Positions 22,556 through 34,450 of a stretch of 39,074 nt of DNA are shown here, piece after piece. The stretch covers positions 85,700,037 to 85,739,110 of the forward strand of contig NC_068987.1 in assembly GCF_001194135.2 (NCBI RefSeq), in the 5' to 3' direction. The stretch is from Octopus bimaculoides. Lineage: Eukaryota. The position numbers and the translations under genes were made by a program. Within the stretch, counting starts at the first letter, position 1. Each line of letters begins with the position of its first letter. Below the pieces are notes generated by a model. That model searched no databases, was not told the DNA's origin, and worked only from the letters and a program-made list of their open reading frames with translations.

Positions 22556-23989
22556 TATATCTAGCAATCCGGGTGATGAGGTACTCGACGGTTCCTTGTG
22601 GAAACGACCTCGACGTTAGATTCCTTAGCGGTCTCCCACACAACGTAAGCAAGTACTGATTCTGCAATAAAAGAATTCGAGTCACATTACACATTATCAC
22701 AAAGACTGTCCTTGTACATTTAATATAGAGACAATGTTATCTCCAAGTTAAACATTCAATATTCCATGTGTGTCTTTACATCTGTAAAACAGACTTCATG
22801 TACTTTTTTTTTCTGAATTCATCTTACCGTTACCTCTTTAACTTGTCTAATGAGTGGAACAGTTTAATTGGATTGACACGTTTTATTAGTCACACCAAAG
22901 TACTTTTGCCGCTATCAAATTAATTGTTATAGATCTTAAAATCTGATATATTTCTCTATTTGTATGGGGCTCATGTTTTCTTTCTGCAGTGGAAATGTAT
23001 TTCATTTATAACAGCCATAGAGCTGATGGATTCAGAATGCACTTAAAAGTTGCCAATTTGTTTTTATCAAAGTTTCTCTATTTGTTGCAAGACTTTCAGT
23101 GTATAATGCTAAAGTTCAACTTTTGTGTGAGATAGATTTATGTAGTCTCTTATTTCTGCCAATAAATTTAGCGTCTGTTATTTATTTGTCTCTTTTGTGT
23201 TATGTATTTCCAGCTATATTAGTCTTTTATATATTGCGTTGTACTTACGTCCTTTATGGTGATGTACTTATAATGTCATAAACGCTTTATTATTTGAAGA
23301 AAACAGTGAGCTCCTTAGGGAAGCCCTGACACATAGGTTTAGATTGAGGTTCATTTTACAATGTTGTAATTTCCATGTAGAGATATCTATATAATCATAT
23401 TCCATCCTTTTATATTCGCTTAATCATACGTAAATAATAAGAGTTATATATGTTCAGAGTAGAGGTTACTCAATGCATCATATCTTTTGTGGTTGTAAGG
23501 AACACATGAAAGAACCCTTGCCTGAAACAGCTAACTCAACAAACTGCCAGATCAACTTAGTTTTCATGTCAATATATGTGTCATGTTGTATAGGCATCTC
23601 TAGGATATCAAATAAATCACGAAGAACATAAATTTGTGTTTCCTCACTTCGTGGCTCATGAAAAAGGTACCGAATTGTATAACATAATTCAGTTTCAAAA
23701 GATATTTCGAGCTTTGTTTCATGTGAGAAATATTCTTACTTTGTTGCATATACTAAAGAAAATCGTTGCAGAGTAGATGCCTAATATGCCTGTTTAATCG
23801 GTTTACAAAGTTACATAAACTTTCTTTCAGACAAGGCTGTTTTTGATTTAAGCATTCCACATCTATTTTATTATAGTCTATAACTGTTATATTCTACAAA
23901 CGCTTTGGTTTTCTCCAATTTTAGATCAGCACCCGCTAGACATAGTCATCCATGTGATAGCAGGTCTTCTACATTTGTTTTTTTTTTTT

Positions 23990-24003
23990 NNNNNNNNNNN
24001 NNN
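23990..24003. other. Assembly gap between a poly(T) and a poly(G) run
   Basis: Direct reading. Confidence 1.
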
Positions 24004-24225
24004 GGGGGGGGGGGGTTGGCTTTCTGGGTTGACTGCAGTATCCCTGTTCGTAATTAGTGTAAATCGTTTTGCTCTACATTATTTTATGACATAGGTTTTT
24101 GTGAACATCATTTCGAAATAGTTAGTGTCACCTGACATCACTTCTTTATCGAATATTGATCAATACAATTACTGTGTTAATTTGTTATGACTATCATTAT
24201 ATTTCGTAGTCATTATTTGAGTACA

Positions 24226-24422
24226 GTAAGGCGGCGAGCTGGCAGAAACGCTTACTGGTATTTCGTCTGTCTTTTACGTTCTGAGTTCAAATTCCACCGA
24301 GGTGGTCTTTGCTGTTCATCTTTTCGAGGTCGATAAATTAGGTACCAGTTGCGTACTGGTTCGATCTAATCGACTGGCCTCCCTCCCCCAATTTTCGTGC
24401 TCTGTGCCTAGAGTAGAATAGG
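24226..24422 (+). mobile_element. SINE family A, relatively young, 13-bp TSD, 20-nt internal deletion
   Basis: aaggcggcgagctggcagaaacg head, gagttcaaattcc B-box, tail gtgcctagagtagaa. TSD ttatttgagtaca at 24213-24225 and 24423-24435. Confidence 0.95.
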
Positions 24423-24551
24423 TTATTTGAGTACAAATACTGCTTATACTATATATGTGATTACTTTGAGTTTTCAGCGATTGGTTTTGCCTTGCATACT
24501 ACAAGCTAAATCTTCCTTCTACTTGGATCTCCTTTTAACTTAAACTAAAAA

Positions 24552-24835
24552 CTGGCACTTCGTTGGTTACAATCAGGAGTGTTCTAAATGATCCGATCAA
24601 TATAAGAAACCGTTCGTGAAATTAACGTGCTAGTGGTTGAGCATTCCGTAGACACGAGTAACAGAGAATGTGAGAAGGTTCTCCCATTGAATTACGAATA
24701 CAACTCATTTTTTCCAGCTACGTTGACTGGTGCAATGTGAAATAAAGTATGTTGCTCAAGGATACAATACACTTGACAGGAATCGAGCTCACAAACTTAC
24801 GATCGTGAGACGAATATTATTAACTATGCGTCTTC
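24552..24835 (-). mobile_element. SINE family E (tRNA head, CORE/Meta-like motif, tail shared with family C)
   Basis: Minus strand: gaagacgca..cacgatcgtaagtttgtgagctcgattcctg head, ttgtatccttgagcaacatacttt central motif, tail gtgtctacggaatgctcaaccactagcacgttaatttcacgaac...tgatcggatca...cgaagtgccag. Confidence 0.8.
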
Positions 24836-24908
24836 ACCTTGTTGACATTGCTACGGTTAAACTATCGTTTGTACTTAGGCTTTGAATTTAATTTTACTTC
24901 TCCATTTA

Positions 24909-25126
24909 CATTATTTTCTACCCTAGGCACAAGGCGCGAAATTTTGGGGGAGGAGGCCAGTCGATTAGATTGAACTCAGTACGCAACTGGTACTTATTTT
25001 ATCGACCCTGAGAAGATGAAAGGCAAAGTTGATTTCGGCGGAATTTGAACTCAGAACGTAGAGACAGACAAAATACCACGAAGCGTTTCGCCCGGCGTGC
25101 TAACGATTCTGCTAGTTCGCCGCCTT
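24909..25126 (-). mobile_element. SINE family A, full length, 15-bp TSD
   Basis: Complete head to tail on the minus strand. TSD ttacttctccattta (24894-24908) and ttacttgtccattta (25125-25139), one mismatch. Confidence 0.95.
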
Positions 25127-26814
25127 ACTTGTCCATTTATACAGACTGATATTTGCATTATAAATTATAATATATCTAGCAGAGTACTGTTTGTCCCAAT
25201 GTCAACTAATTGGCCAGAACCTTATTGAAAGGTATTTCGGTCCTGATAGATTTGGTTTTTAATAACTTGATTATCCAGTGTGTCCTTTCTCTATATATGG
25301 CGGCTGCATATCTTTCATGGACATTGTTATTTGTAACCGTCAATTAATTACATAGAATCTTTCCCTTTGGTTCAATATACAACATGATGTATTCATTAGT
25401 CACGAAAATAAAGTGATGTAAATAGACTATATTTACATTAGTAAGTGTTTACCAGTACGTCTCTTGATACATATCCAATCTGAGTTTAATCTCGTTTGCA
25501 TAGAGAAGCTTCCCTGATATTTCTAGAATTTACTTTGAATTCTTATCACTTCAAGTCGATAATACGAAGTGATATTCCGAATATTATCGATCGCTATAAT
25601 TAAATTTCAAGAATTCGGTGAAGTTTTAAGTTTGTACAAGTGTAGGATGCTAACACGTTCTTCGGTGCTGAGATATATCATGACATTACACTTTGCAATT
25701 CCACATTGGACGTGATGTGGTCGCTTCGCATAAGTAACGCCTTTTGTCTATTCAAAATCTGTTCGATTATCTCTCCGAAATAAGTACTTATTCAATTGTT
25801 CACTGCTGATCTTTAACTTTCTTCTGTTTATAACTTTGATTACTAACCATGTAGATTTATATCTATATAAATATACTTCAAAGATGTTTTTTTTTCTTTC
25901 AATTTCAATTTCTATTTTGTGTTCTGATAGAAATAAATTAACTTCTATATTGAGCCAATGAAATTGTAGCAAGGATTCGCGATCGGTTCCATTCACAACT
26001 ACACTGACGATGTGTTCAATGCACTGAAATTTTCAAGAGGTGTTTAAAGCTTTCTTCATCTGAATAACCAACGTTAGTTCTTTAAAAGATCATTATATGC
26101 AACTCGCATAATTTATTAATAAAACGTACAACTTCGTCAACTGAGAAGTGAAAACACTTGTATGAATTAGCTTGATTTCATTTTGACCCAACTGAATGAC
26201 TGTTACTTTTTTATTCGATTAGATTCCATTTTCCCTACGTTGCCTGTAATGATTACTATTGCTAGCTGTACTGAAGGCGAGCGTCTATTAGTTAAGGTGA
26301 TCGACTGGCTAACTATTATAAGTTTAAGTGTTTCTAGACTGGGCATAAAATTATGTCTGAACAAAGGACATTAGTTTACGTTGCTGTAGTGTTTCCTATC
26401 TCACTATTCAAATCGTGGATTTCACCGGTAGGTCAAGGGTGGGAATTACGAAATGTTGCCTACATTTAAGACAATTAGCGAAAGCATGGTGTATGCTATC
26501 ACGTCATACTAGCTCGCAAGTGTCAGTTATATATTAGTAGATTGTTTTGTGATCATCACTATCATCTATATCTCGTCCATGTTTGTACTCACAAAAAAAA
26601 CAGTTAACTACCGGAGAATGAAAATAAGGCCTTTCTATAATTCACATTTCACACATAATAAACATTAAAGTACTACCTCATATTTCTTTATGTCGTTGGT
26701 TCACACTTAATGAAAATATTTTAGAAATTACACCAACGATCGCAAAAAGATATTGGTATTGTACGATTAGTTGTATTTTCTCTTAAGAACCTATATTCTT
26801 ACTTCTAATCAATT

Positions 26815-27163
26815 ATTCTTTTATTCGTTTATTCTTTTCATTGGGACCATGCTGGAGCACCACCTTAAAGGGTTTTATTCGAAGAAATCGACCCCAAGAC
26901 TTATTCTTTTGTAAGCCAAGTACTTACTCTATCAGTCTCTTTTGCCGAACGCAAACACACCAACATCAGTCGTAAAGCGATGATGGGGACAAACACAGAC
27001 ACAAACACACACATACACACACATATATATATTTACAACGGGCCTCTTTCACAAGTCTTTGGTCAACCTGAGGTTATAGCAGAGGACACTTGCGCAAGGT
27101 GCCAGGCAGTGGGACTGAACTCGTAACCATGTGGTTGAGAAGCAAACTGCTTACCACACAGCC
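26815..27163 (-). mobile_element. SINE family B, full length
   Basis: Minus strand: ggctgtgtggtaagcagtttgcttctcaaccacatggttacgagttcagtcccactgcctggcaccttgcgcaagtgtcc (CORE-like), TG tract, tail ggggtcgatttcttcgaataaaaccctttaaggtggtgctccagcatgg. Confidence 0.92.
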
Positions 27164-27669
27164 TTGGAAAGTATTATCATCAGCAAGTATAACAATATTG
27201 ATTTTGAAATATTCGCTTTTTACAAGCGCATCATTAGGTTACTTTTGTTCAATGACTGGAAACACTCGAAATTATGGATTTTCACAATCTTTTTCTGATC
27301 ACAAACTGGTAAAATTTTGCATCGTCTTGATGCTTATGCTTTCGGCGTAAATTATAAGTTATTAAATTTTTTTTTAATATTTTCAAGGTTGGTATTTTGC
27401 GTGTACTTAAAATTATGTTCGCACTCTCTGCCTATGACTTGAATCTATAGGACACAAAATACTTTTTCATCCAGCGTTTTTAAGAGTAACATGACCGTGG
27501 CTTAGTACGAGCGATGCCTTTCGATTTCTTTCTGACAACCTACTCTAGGATCAATCCGGTTTCTTTTGCTTTTTCTCTCCCCTAGTATTTTTTTTTTCTG
27601 TGGGAGTTGTGGTTGGGGTCATTTATGCACAAAACTAGTCTACAACATAGGTAATAGTGGGTAATAGTG

Positions 27670-28048
27670 GAGGCGCAATGGCCCCACTGGTTAGGGCAGC
27701 GGACTCGCGGTCATAGGATCGTGGTATCGATTCCCGGACCGGGCATTGTGAGTGTTTATTGAGCGAAAATACCTAAAAATCCACGAGGCTCCTGCAGGGG
27801 ATGATGGCGAACCCTGCTGTACTCTTGCACCACAACTTTGTCTCACTCTTACTTCTTTTTTCTGTTGTACCTGTAATTCAAAGGGTCAGCCTTGTCACAC
27901 TGTGTTACGCTGAATATCCCCGAGAACTACGTTAAGGGTACACGTGTCTGTGGAGTGCTCAGCCACTTGCACGTTAATTTCACGAGTAGGCTGTTCCGTT
28001 GATCGGATCAACTGGAACCCTCGACGTCGAAAGCGACGGAGTGCCAAC
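27670..28048 (+). mobile_element. SINE family C, full length, young, 14-bp TSD
   Basis: gaggcgcaatggccccactggttagggcagcggactcgcggtc head, gtatcgattccc B-box, tail ggaaccctcgacgtcgaaagcgacggagtgccaac. TSD caacataggtaata at 27643-27656 and 28045-28058. Confidence 0.95.
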
Positions 28049-28679
28049 ATAGGTAATACTTTTTCGAATTAGCTACCTATTATAATTACAAAATAACCAT
28101 ATATTCATTTTATAAATATAAAAATACATTCTGTGAAGCACTAATGAGGCTCTTTTCTGACTTACATAACAGAACGTCTTAAAGATGTTGATGCTTATGT
28201 TACATTCAGTTTTGATTTGTAATGAAGATATGTCAACAAAGACATTACAATATTAGGGATGCAACCTTTTTTCGTTATCATTTAACATTAACGTGGGTAG
28301 ATCTATTTAATGTACACTTTTTCAATACATAATATCCAATTTGAGGTAAATTTAATTGCTATTTCGTATACATTACTAGAACACAGTCTCGTTATGAATG
28401 TTGATATTTTCATTAGTATTACATATAACTTTCGAGCAAACATTTTTGTTAGACTTCGATGACGCAGGACATTTTATAATGCAACAATTTCTGTTTTGCT
28501 TTTCATAGTTCTACTGATATTTGTATTTCATTATTTACTAACGATAATGTTTGTCTTGTACTAGTTTCTGTCACGTATCATTGCCCTTCAACATATTGAC
28601 AAGTGATAATTCAAGTGGAGGATTAAGTCAGTGAGGTGTCAGAATCGTTATAATGTCAAACAAATTGCTGAACAGTATT

Positions 28680-28800
28680 TCTTCCGCCTAGGCTGACTTT
28701 GCTGTTAATCTTTTGGGGGATCGATAAAGGACGTACCAGTTGAGCATTGGTGTCGATGTAATCGAATTTCTCATTCTCTTAACATTACTGGCCTTATACG
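28680..28800 (+). mobile_element. SINE family A, 5'-truncated fragment
   Basis: ttccgcctaggctgactttgctgttaatcttttgggggatcgataaaggacgtaccagttgagcattggtgtcgatgtaatcg. Confidence 0.75.
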
Positions 28801-29764
28801 ACTGATAGAATTACAGGAGCGGATATGCACAGCTAAAATCTCTTGAAAATGGTTCTCAAATATAATCACGGTCTTTGGCTGAAAGCAACAAAAGAATTAT
28901 GAGAACAAGAGAATATTACTTATTTTCTTCATTCTTATTTTTTTTTAAAAGATACAACTTGCTAATTTCTTTCCAACATCTACATATTTCCTCTTCCCAA
29001 TTTCTCAATATCACGACTGGTACTTTTTTTTTCTTTTTGCCTTTCGGTTTCTTTTCTGTGATAATCACATTTGGAATGTTTTCAAGACCTTATCTATCTC
29101 GAGAATGACCGTCTTTAACATAATTCACATCATAAAATTGCTCCCTACGGCTTTCCGTTTGTTAGACGCTCCACAAACAACTACATTATTTATCAATCTT
29201 CTGTTTAATCTCCATAGTTCAAATATCAGTTGTCTCTACTTTCCGATTTATCATGCGCTTGCTTTGGTTTGCATACTGTATCGGAAGCTTGATTTCGTAG
29301 ATGACATAGGTTAACTCATTTATCATTTTTTTCTCCCATTGTGTTGGATTAATTTCTAGCTTTAGAGAATTTTGAACATTTTAACGAAACCTCACTATCT
29401 CCCAAATTTCTCATTATCTATTCTATTTTCTCACATACAGATGGCATTTTCTTCCTGTATTTGTTATATATTTCTTGCTATGTAGTTAAAATGTAGTTAA
29501 TATTCATTCAATCATGTTCATCTTACCTTATCAACGTAGTTAAGATTCCTGCTCCAGAGGTAGAGTTGTATCTACAATTCGAATACGATCGTGCAGAGCG
29601 GCTTTAGTATGAATCGTATAGAAAATATAGCGATCTAAACATGTTTCATGGGTTAATATTTTATTTTTAAATATAGCAGGCTTTTATGTGTTAGAGGCCC
29701 ATCGCTGGTATTAACTCTTTATAGAACACATAAAGTCTTTCCATGACGGTTATATAGGGCTTGT

Positions 29765-30138
29765 GAAGGCGCAATGGTCCAGTGGTTAGGGCAGTGAACT
29801 CGCGGGCGTAAGATCGTGGTTTGAATTCCCAGACCGGACGTTGTGAGTGTTTATTGAGCGAAGACACCTAAATCCCCACGAGTTTCCAGTAAGGTTGGTG
29901 ATGAACCCTGCTGTACTCTTTCACCAGAAATTTCACTCTTTCCTCCTTTTTCTGTTATACCTGTACTTGAAAGGGCCGGCCTTGTCACACTTTGTGTCAC
30001 GCTGAATCTCCCGGAGAACTACATTAAGTGTACACTTGTCTGTAGAGTGCTCAGCCACTTGTACGTTAATTTCACTAGCGGGATGTTCCATTGATTGGAT
30101 CAACTGGAACCCTCGTCGTCGCAACCGATGGAGTGCCA
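29765..30138 (+). mobile_element. SINE family C, full length
   Basis: Colinear with 27670-28048. Probable TSD tatatagggctt (29751-29762) and tatacagggctt (30142-30153). Confidence 0.95.
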
Positions 30139-30854
30139 CGATATACAGGGCTTATATTAACTATTACACCGATTATTTCATATTAACCGTTGTCGTTAGC
30201 CGTGAATGACTCAGAATAGCATGTATTTGCTTGGTATTTTATCATAAACAAAACTAAATTATTAGCAGAACTATACTAGCAGAATACATACAATAAACCG
30301 ACACCATTCATTCTCCTCCTTTTCCATGTTTTGTATTTCAACATTTGATAAAATATAAATATCATTTCCCATTTCTTTTTTATTCTATTCTGTACTATTT
30401 TATTCTAATGGTTATTACACGCATAGAATGATTTCAAACATCACTGAGACAAATTGTTGTCGAATATTCATTGAAATATTGGCGTCCGGTGTAGATTCTA
30501 ACATTCTACTAAATTGTGCAATCATAATAGTTGACCAGAACTAGAAAACGACGATGTTAAATTATTATGGGTATCTACTATCGAATTTGACCTGGTCAAA
30601 ATGAAATGAATTTGTATTGTATTTGTCGACAAAGAAAATGAACGTGTGTTGTATAATCGATATTGCAATTCATGAAAACCACAATGTGGAAAAGTATTTC
30701 AGAAAATATGGTGAATAGGAAACTCTTTATAGTATTTCTTCTTTGCAGATGTAGCCTAAATATCGTATGGTTATTTGTGAGCGTAAATCAATAGTCCGTG
30801 GTATATTATGGTAAATTTCTTCCTTAGGGTTTTCTCTGCTATTAAGATGTTTCA

Positions 30855-30945
30855 TTCACGACTATGGGGTTCAAACTTCGATCCAGCTGTGCAGCAATTG
30901 TGGATCGTACCTTCTGACATGGCTTCAATGCTCGATGCAACAGAA
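30855..30945 (+). mobile_element. Possible decayed SINE family B head/core fragment
   Basis: ggggttcaaacttcgatccagctgtgcagcaattgtgga..ccttctgacatggcttc loosely resembles the family B B-box and CORE-like motif. Confidence 0.3.
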
Positions 30946-31017
30946 GTTGAATTTAATAGAGAAAACTAATAATGAAGCCCGTATAAGTGGTATATATATA
31001 TATATATATATATATAT

Positions 31018-31264
31018 NNNNNNNNNNNNNNNNNNNNNNNNNNNNNNNNNNNNNNNNNNNNNNNNNNNNNNNNNNNNNNNNNNNNNNNNNNNNNNNNNNN
31101 NNNNNNNNNNNNNNNNNNNNNNNNNNNNNNNNNNNNNNNNNNNNNNNNNNNNNNNNNNNNNNNNNNNNNNNNNNNNNNNNNNNNNNNNNNNNNNNNNNNN
31201 NNNNNNNNNNNNNNNNNNNNNNNNNNNNNNNNNNNNNNNNNNNNNNNNNNNNNNNNNNNNNNNN
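31018..31264. other. Assembly gap between (TA)n and (TG)n/(TATG)n (microsatellite extends to about 31395)
   Basis: Direct reading. Confidence 1.
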
Positions 31265-31320
<56 letters not shown>

Positions 31321-31400
31321 TGTGTGTGTGTATGTGTGTGTGTGTGTGTGTGTATGCATGTATGTATGTATGTATGTATGCATGTACATGTATGCCATAC

Positions 31401-31553
31401 CCCTAACAATGATTTCCGTTCGAGTCTAAAAAATATTTCATCGTCTGACAAGCATTGATATTCGACAACAAAATTCTTGTATCCTTGGACGGCGCTGATG
31501 CTGCCACTCGCAGAAGCGTCATAGTGTATAACGAAAAGAGCATCACTCGAAGA
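31401..31553 (-). CDS. Coding-like segment; candidate 153-nt phase 0/0 exon, strand uncertain
   Basis: Minus: acceptor tttttgctag|, 51 open codons SSSDALFVIHYDASASGSISAVQGYKNFVVEYQCLSDDEIFFRLERKSLLG, donor |gtatgg. The exact antisense register on the plus strand is also open (LIFDNKILVSLDGADAATRRSVIVYNEKSITRR) with CAG|gtacac. Confidence 0.25.
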
Positions 31554-31594
31554 CTAGCAAAAACTAGCCCTCAGACACGTTCCAGGTACACTGT

Positions 31595-31670
31595 TTTCTC
31601 TCTTCTCGTTCCTATCTCTCTCTCTCTCTCCCTCTTTCCCCCTCCCTCTCTCTCTCTCCCCTCTTTCTGA
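31595..31670 (+). repeat. (CT)n polypyrimidine tract
   Basis: Direct reading. Confidence 0.9.
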
Positions 31671-34204
31671 TTTTTTGTATCTACTACAATGACTTGTGCG
31701 CTTCGGAATTATCTTTCCTCACGCCATTTCGACTCAGATATTTCTGAAACCGTCGTCCCCCATTTTATCACCCGAGCCCACCCTAAACACTAAATTTAGT
31801 ATTTTGCTCCCAGACTGTGGTTCTTTCGAAATTCCCTCTTTTACTCATGTAATTTCCCCTGGATATATTGCAACGATAGAAGAGAAGTTTTAATCAAAAC
31901 ACCCTGAACGGTTTTCGAAGGGCGCTAATATCAAGTGCATATCCCCTTTCTACAGGAAAGACAGTTGGAAAAATATACCTTGGATAATTACAATATTTTG
32001 TTTATTTTGCCCTTTGGTATATGGTCTGATATCCAAATTGTTGACAGTCACATTTTGAACGGGAAAGTATGCCATAGATGGATGAATTATAAGGCGTAAA
32101 ATATGGAGACGATCAGAGTTTGTAGGGGCTATGATATAACAGAGAGAATTATGTTTTCTAGAGATCATATCTTTTAAAAAATTGTATCACTGTTCATATT
32201 TATTCATTGAAATATTTTTTAATATTGAAAAATAAATAAAATTTTAACAATCGTGATTATATTGTACAATGTCTTCTCACTTCCATTGTTTTGATATACT
32301 TTGGTTTCATTCATGACGTTGTAGGTTGTAACACAATTCTCTGCACTTTATTGAGCGAGTGAATGGGCGCTAGCAGTAATAAAAATATTAATGTTTCTAT
32401 ATTTATTTTCTTTCATATATTGTATGAATGTTATAATATTATTGTTACTAAGTTCATGAGTATAAGAAAAAGATGTCGATGTTGGAGTACCGCTCGTCCT
32501 TTTCCATTGTGATATCAAATCCCGCAAACTTTGACATTTGAGTCGATAGAATCAAATTACCTACCACTAAAGTATAAGAATCGATTTCATTGATTTTATC
32601 GCTTGTCCTATAAACCTCTGGTATTTTGCCAAACCTAGAGATCATAATTCCAATGATTAATGGCAAGTAACTTTGAGGATGGGTAAGCTCTGTGCGATTA
32701 GCGTAATGACCTTGTTTGAAGTATTGCTTATGATTGTCTAAACTTCACTGGAATCTTTAATAACTTCGAGTCATAAACAAGACATAAACTCATAATAACG
32801 GCATTCCTCTTCGCCATAATTACAAAGTGTTATGTCTATGTCAGAAATCAATATATTTAAGTGAGAATGCCACTGAACACTAAGAGAAAACAAATAGTTA
32901 CACACTTTAATTTTAAACCTCAAAAAGAAAGCGAAACGAAAATAAACAAACCTCTTGTGTCAGATTTCCTGCCGAAGAAAACTCTATAAAAAACTACAGA
33001 CTTAGCGTGGCATAAAAATAGTCAATAGGAATCAATTTCCTATTGATTCCCAACCAAAATACTTCCATATGGTTTCGCTAGAGAACTTTGGCGTTTATGC
33101 AAAGTATTATATTGACACTCAGCGTGACAGTGTTCTTTAAAGGAGTCCAACAAAGCCATTGACTTTTCGTTTGGTTCTTTATATTTCCCAATTTTGTCAA
33201 TAATAATGTTGTTTTCCTTTTCCGTTGGCTACAATAGAATAGTTGAGTTTTACGTTCACGAAATCTGCTGAAAGGTGATTATCTGACAATAGCAATATAA
33301 AAACACGGAGATCCACAGTCAATAACTAACAGCTCCAGGCTTATGCAAATCACGGCTTGATATTGTTTCTATTGAAAGCAATAATTGGGTTTCATCTATG
33401 TTTCACTTTTAGAATGGTTCTGTCAGTGGAAGTTGGTTTTAACATAGTCTATTATTCCAAAACTTTGGTGCTGCAACTTTCTCCTTTTGTAGAATGCAGA
33501 TAACACATTGAATATTTATTAGTACATTAGTCTGCAGTACATTTTTAAAAAATCTAAAATAAGTGTAAATATTGTGAGGCACATAATATTTTTTTTAAAC
33601 TCTTTCACTACATACATACGAGTGGTGTAGGAAACTTTCATTGAGATTACTTCGGAAACGGTTCCGGTTGAGTTTTCAAAACCGCAAAAAGAAACCTCTC
33701 ATCTTTCGGAAAATAAGTTGTGTCTATGAAAACTTTATAATCACAGGGTATTAAAAATTCAGTGAGATAAAGTAAATAATGCAATTTCGAATGGAAACTG
33801 TCGAAGAATTTGCACATGAAAGAATTTTGGAACCCTTCGTACGACAAGCAAATACACACAACCCACTGACATACAGACACACACCAACTACACACAGACA
33901 CGCACACACTTATACTGATACATATATACATATATGCATACATATATACATATATATGTTATACATATAGAAACATCTATATATTACATACAAATGTGTG
34001 CTATACATTTTTCACAATATATGTCCATATTTGCAGAACTACAAATGTGCATGTAATAAATCAGGTGTGTTTGAGAAAACATTTGCGTGGTCAAGGTCAT
34101 CTAAACCTACTTTATGTTTTTTGTCTTTAGCTACCTATTTGACCACCGCTGCTTCCATCCTGTTATAAGCCCGTGTTTAAATTTTCTGTCCATTGATGCC
34201 CCTC

Positions 34205-34450
34205 ATTGGAATCTTTTCTGCTTCTACTCTTTCTTTCTCTCTCTCTCTCTTTCACTCTCTTGTCATTCTTTCATGTCTTTTTATCCTCTGTATCTCTCTC
34301 ACTATAGAGTCAACATTTCATTCATCTCTCCTTTACTTCCCTCTCTATCACTCACAGGGCTTCTATTTTTTTTATTACTACCTATCCTATTTTTTTCTGC
34401 TGCGCTAACATTCTAGCTTCGCTTGTTGTCACTCTTCTCTCATGTTATGA
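34205..34450 (+). repeat. CT-rich low-complexity region
   Basis: Decayed (CT)n; source of the F/L/S-rich ORFs. Confidence 0.75.

Noticed and set aside
22565-22625. Hammerhead-like motif (gTGATGA...GAAAcg...cgtt)
   Set aside because: Core C3 is absent, stem II does not abut GAAA and stem I is out of register; likely chance.
22990-23670. Several acceptor-like sites with short open frames (22990, 23290, 23593)
   Set aside because: Donors are weak or frames close early, and no peptide is recognisable, so support is insufficient.
23978-24015. Poly(T)-gap-poly(G) junction as a G-quadruplex or structural element
   Set aside because: It borders a gap, and homopolymer ends of short-read contigs are unreliable.
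2047-31458. Many ORFs rich in HT, YI, CV or X residues
   Set aside because: They are translations of (CA)n, (TA)n or (TG)n microsatellites and N gaps, not genes.
33022-33046. 10-bp stem hairpin tcaataggaa/ttcctattga
   Set aside because: It is short and AT-rich, so expected by chance. Prokaryotic terminator logic does not apply.
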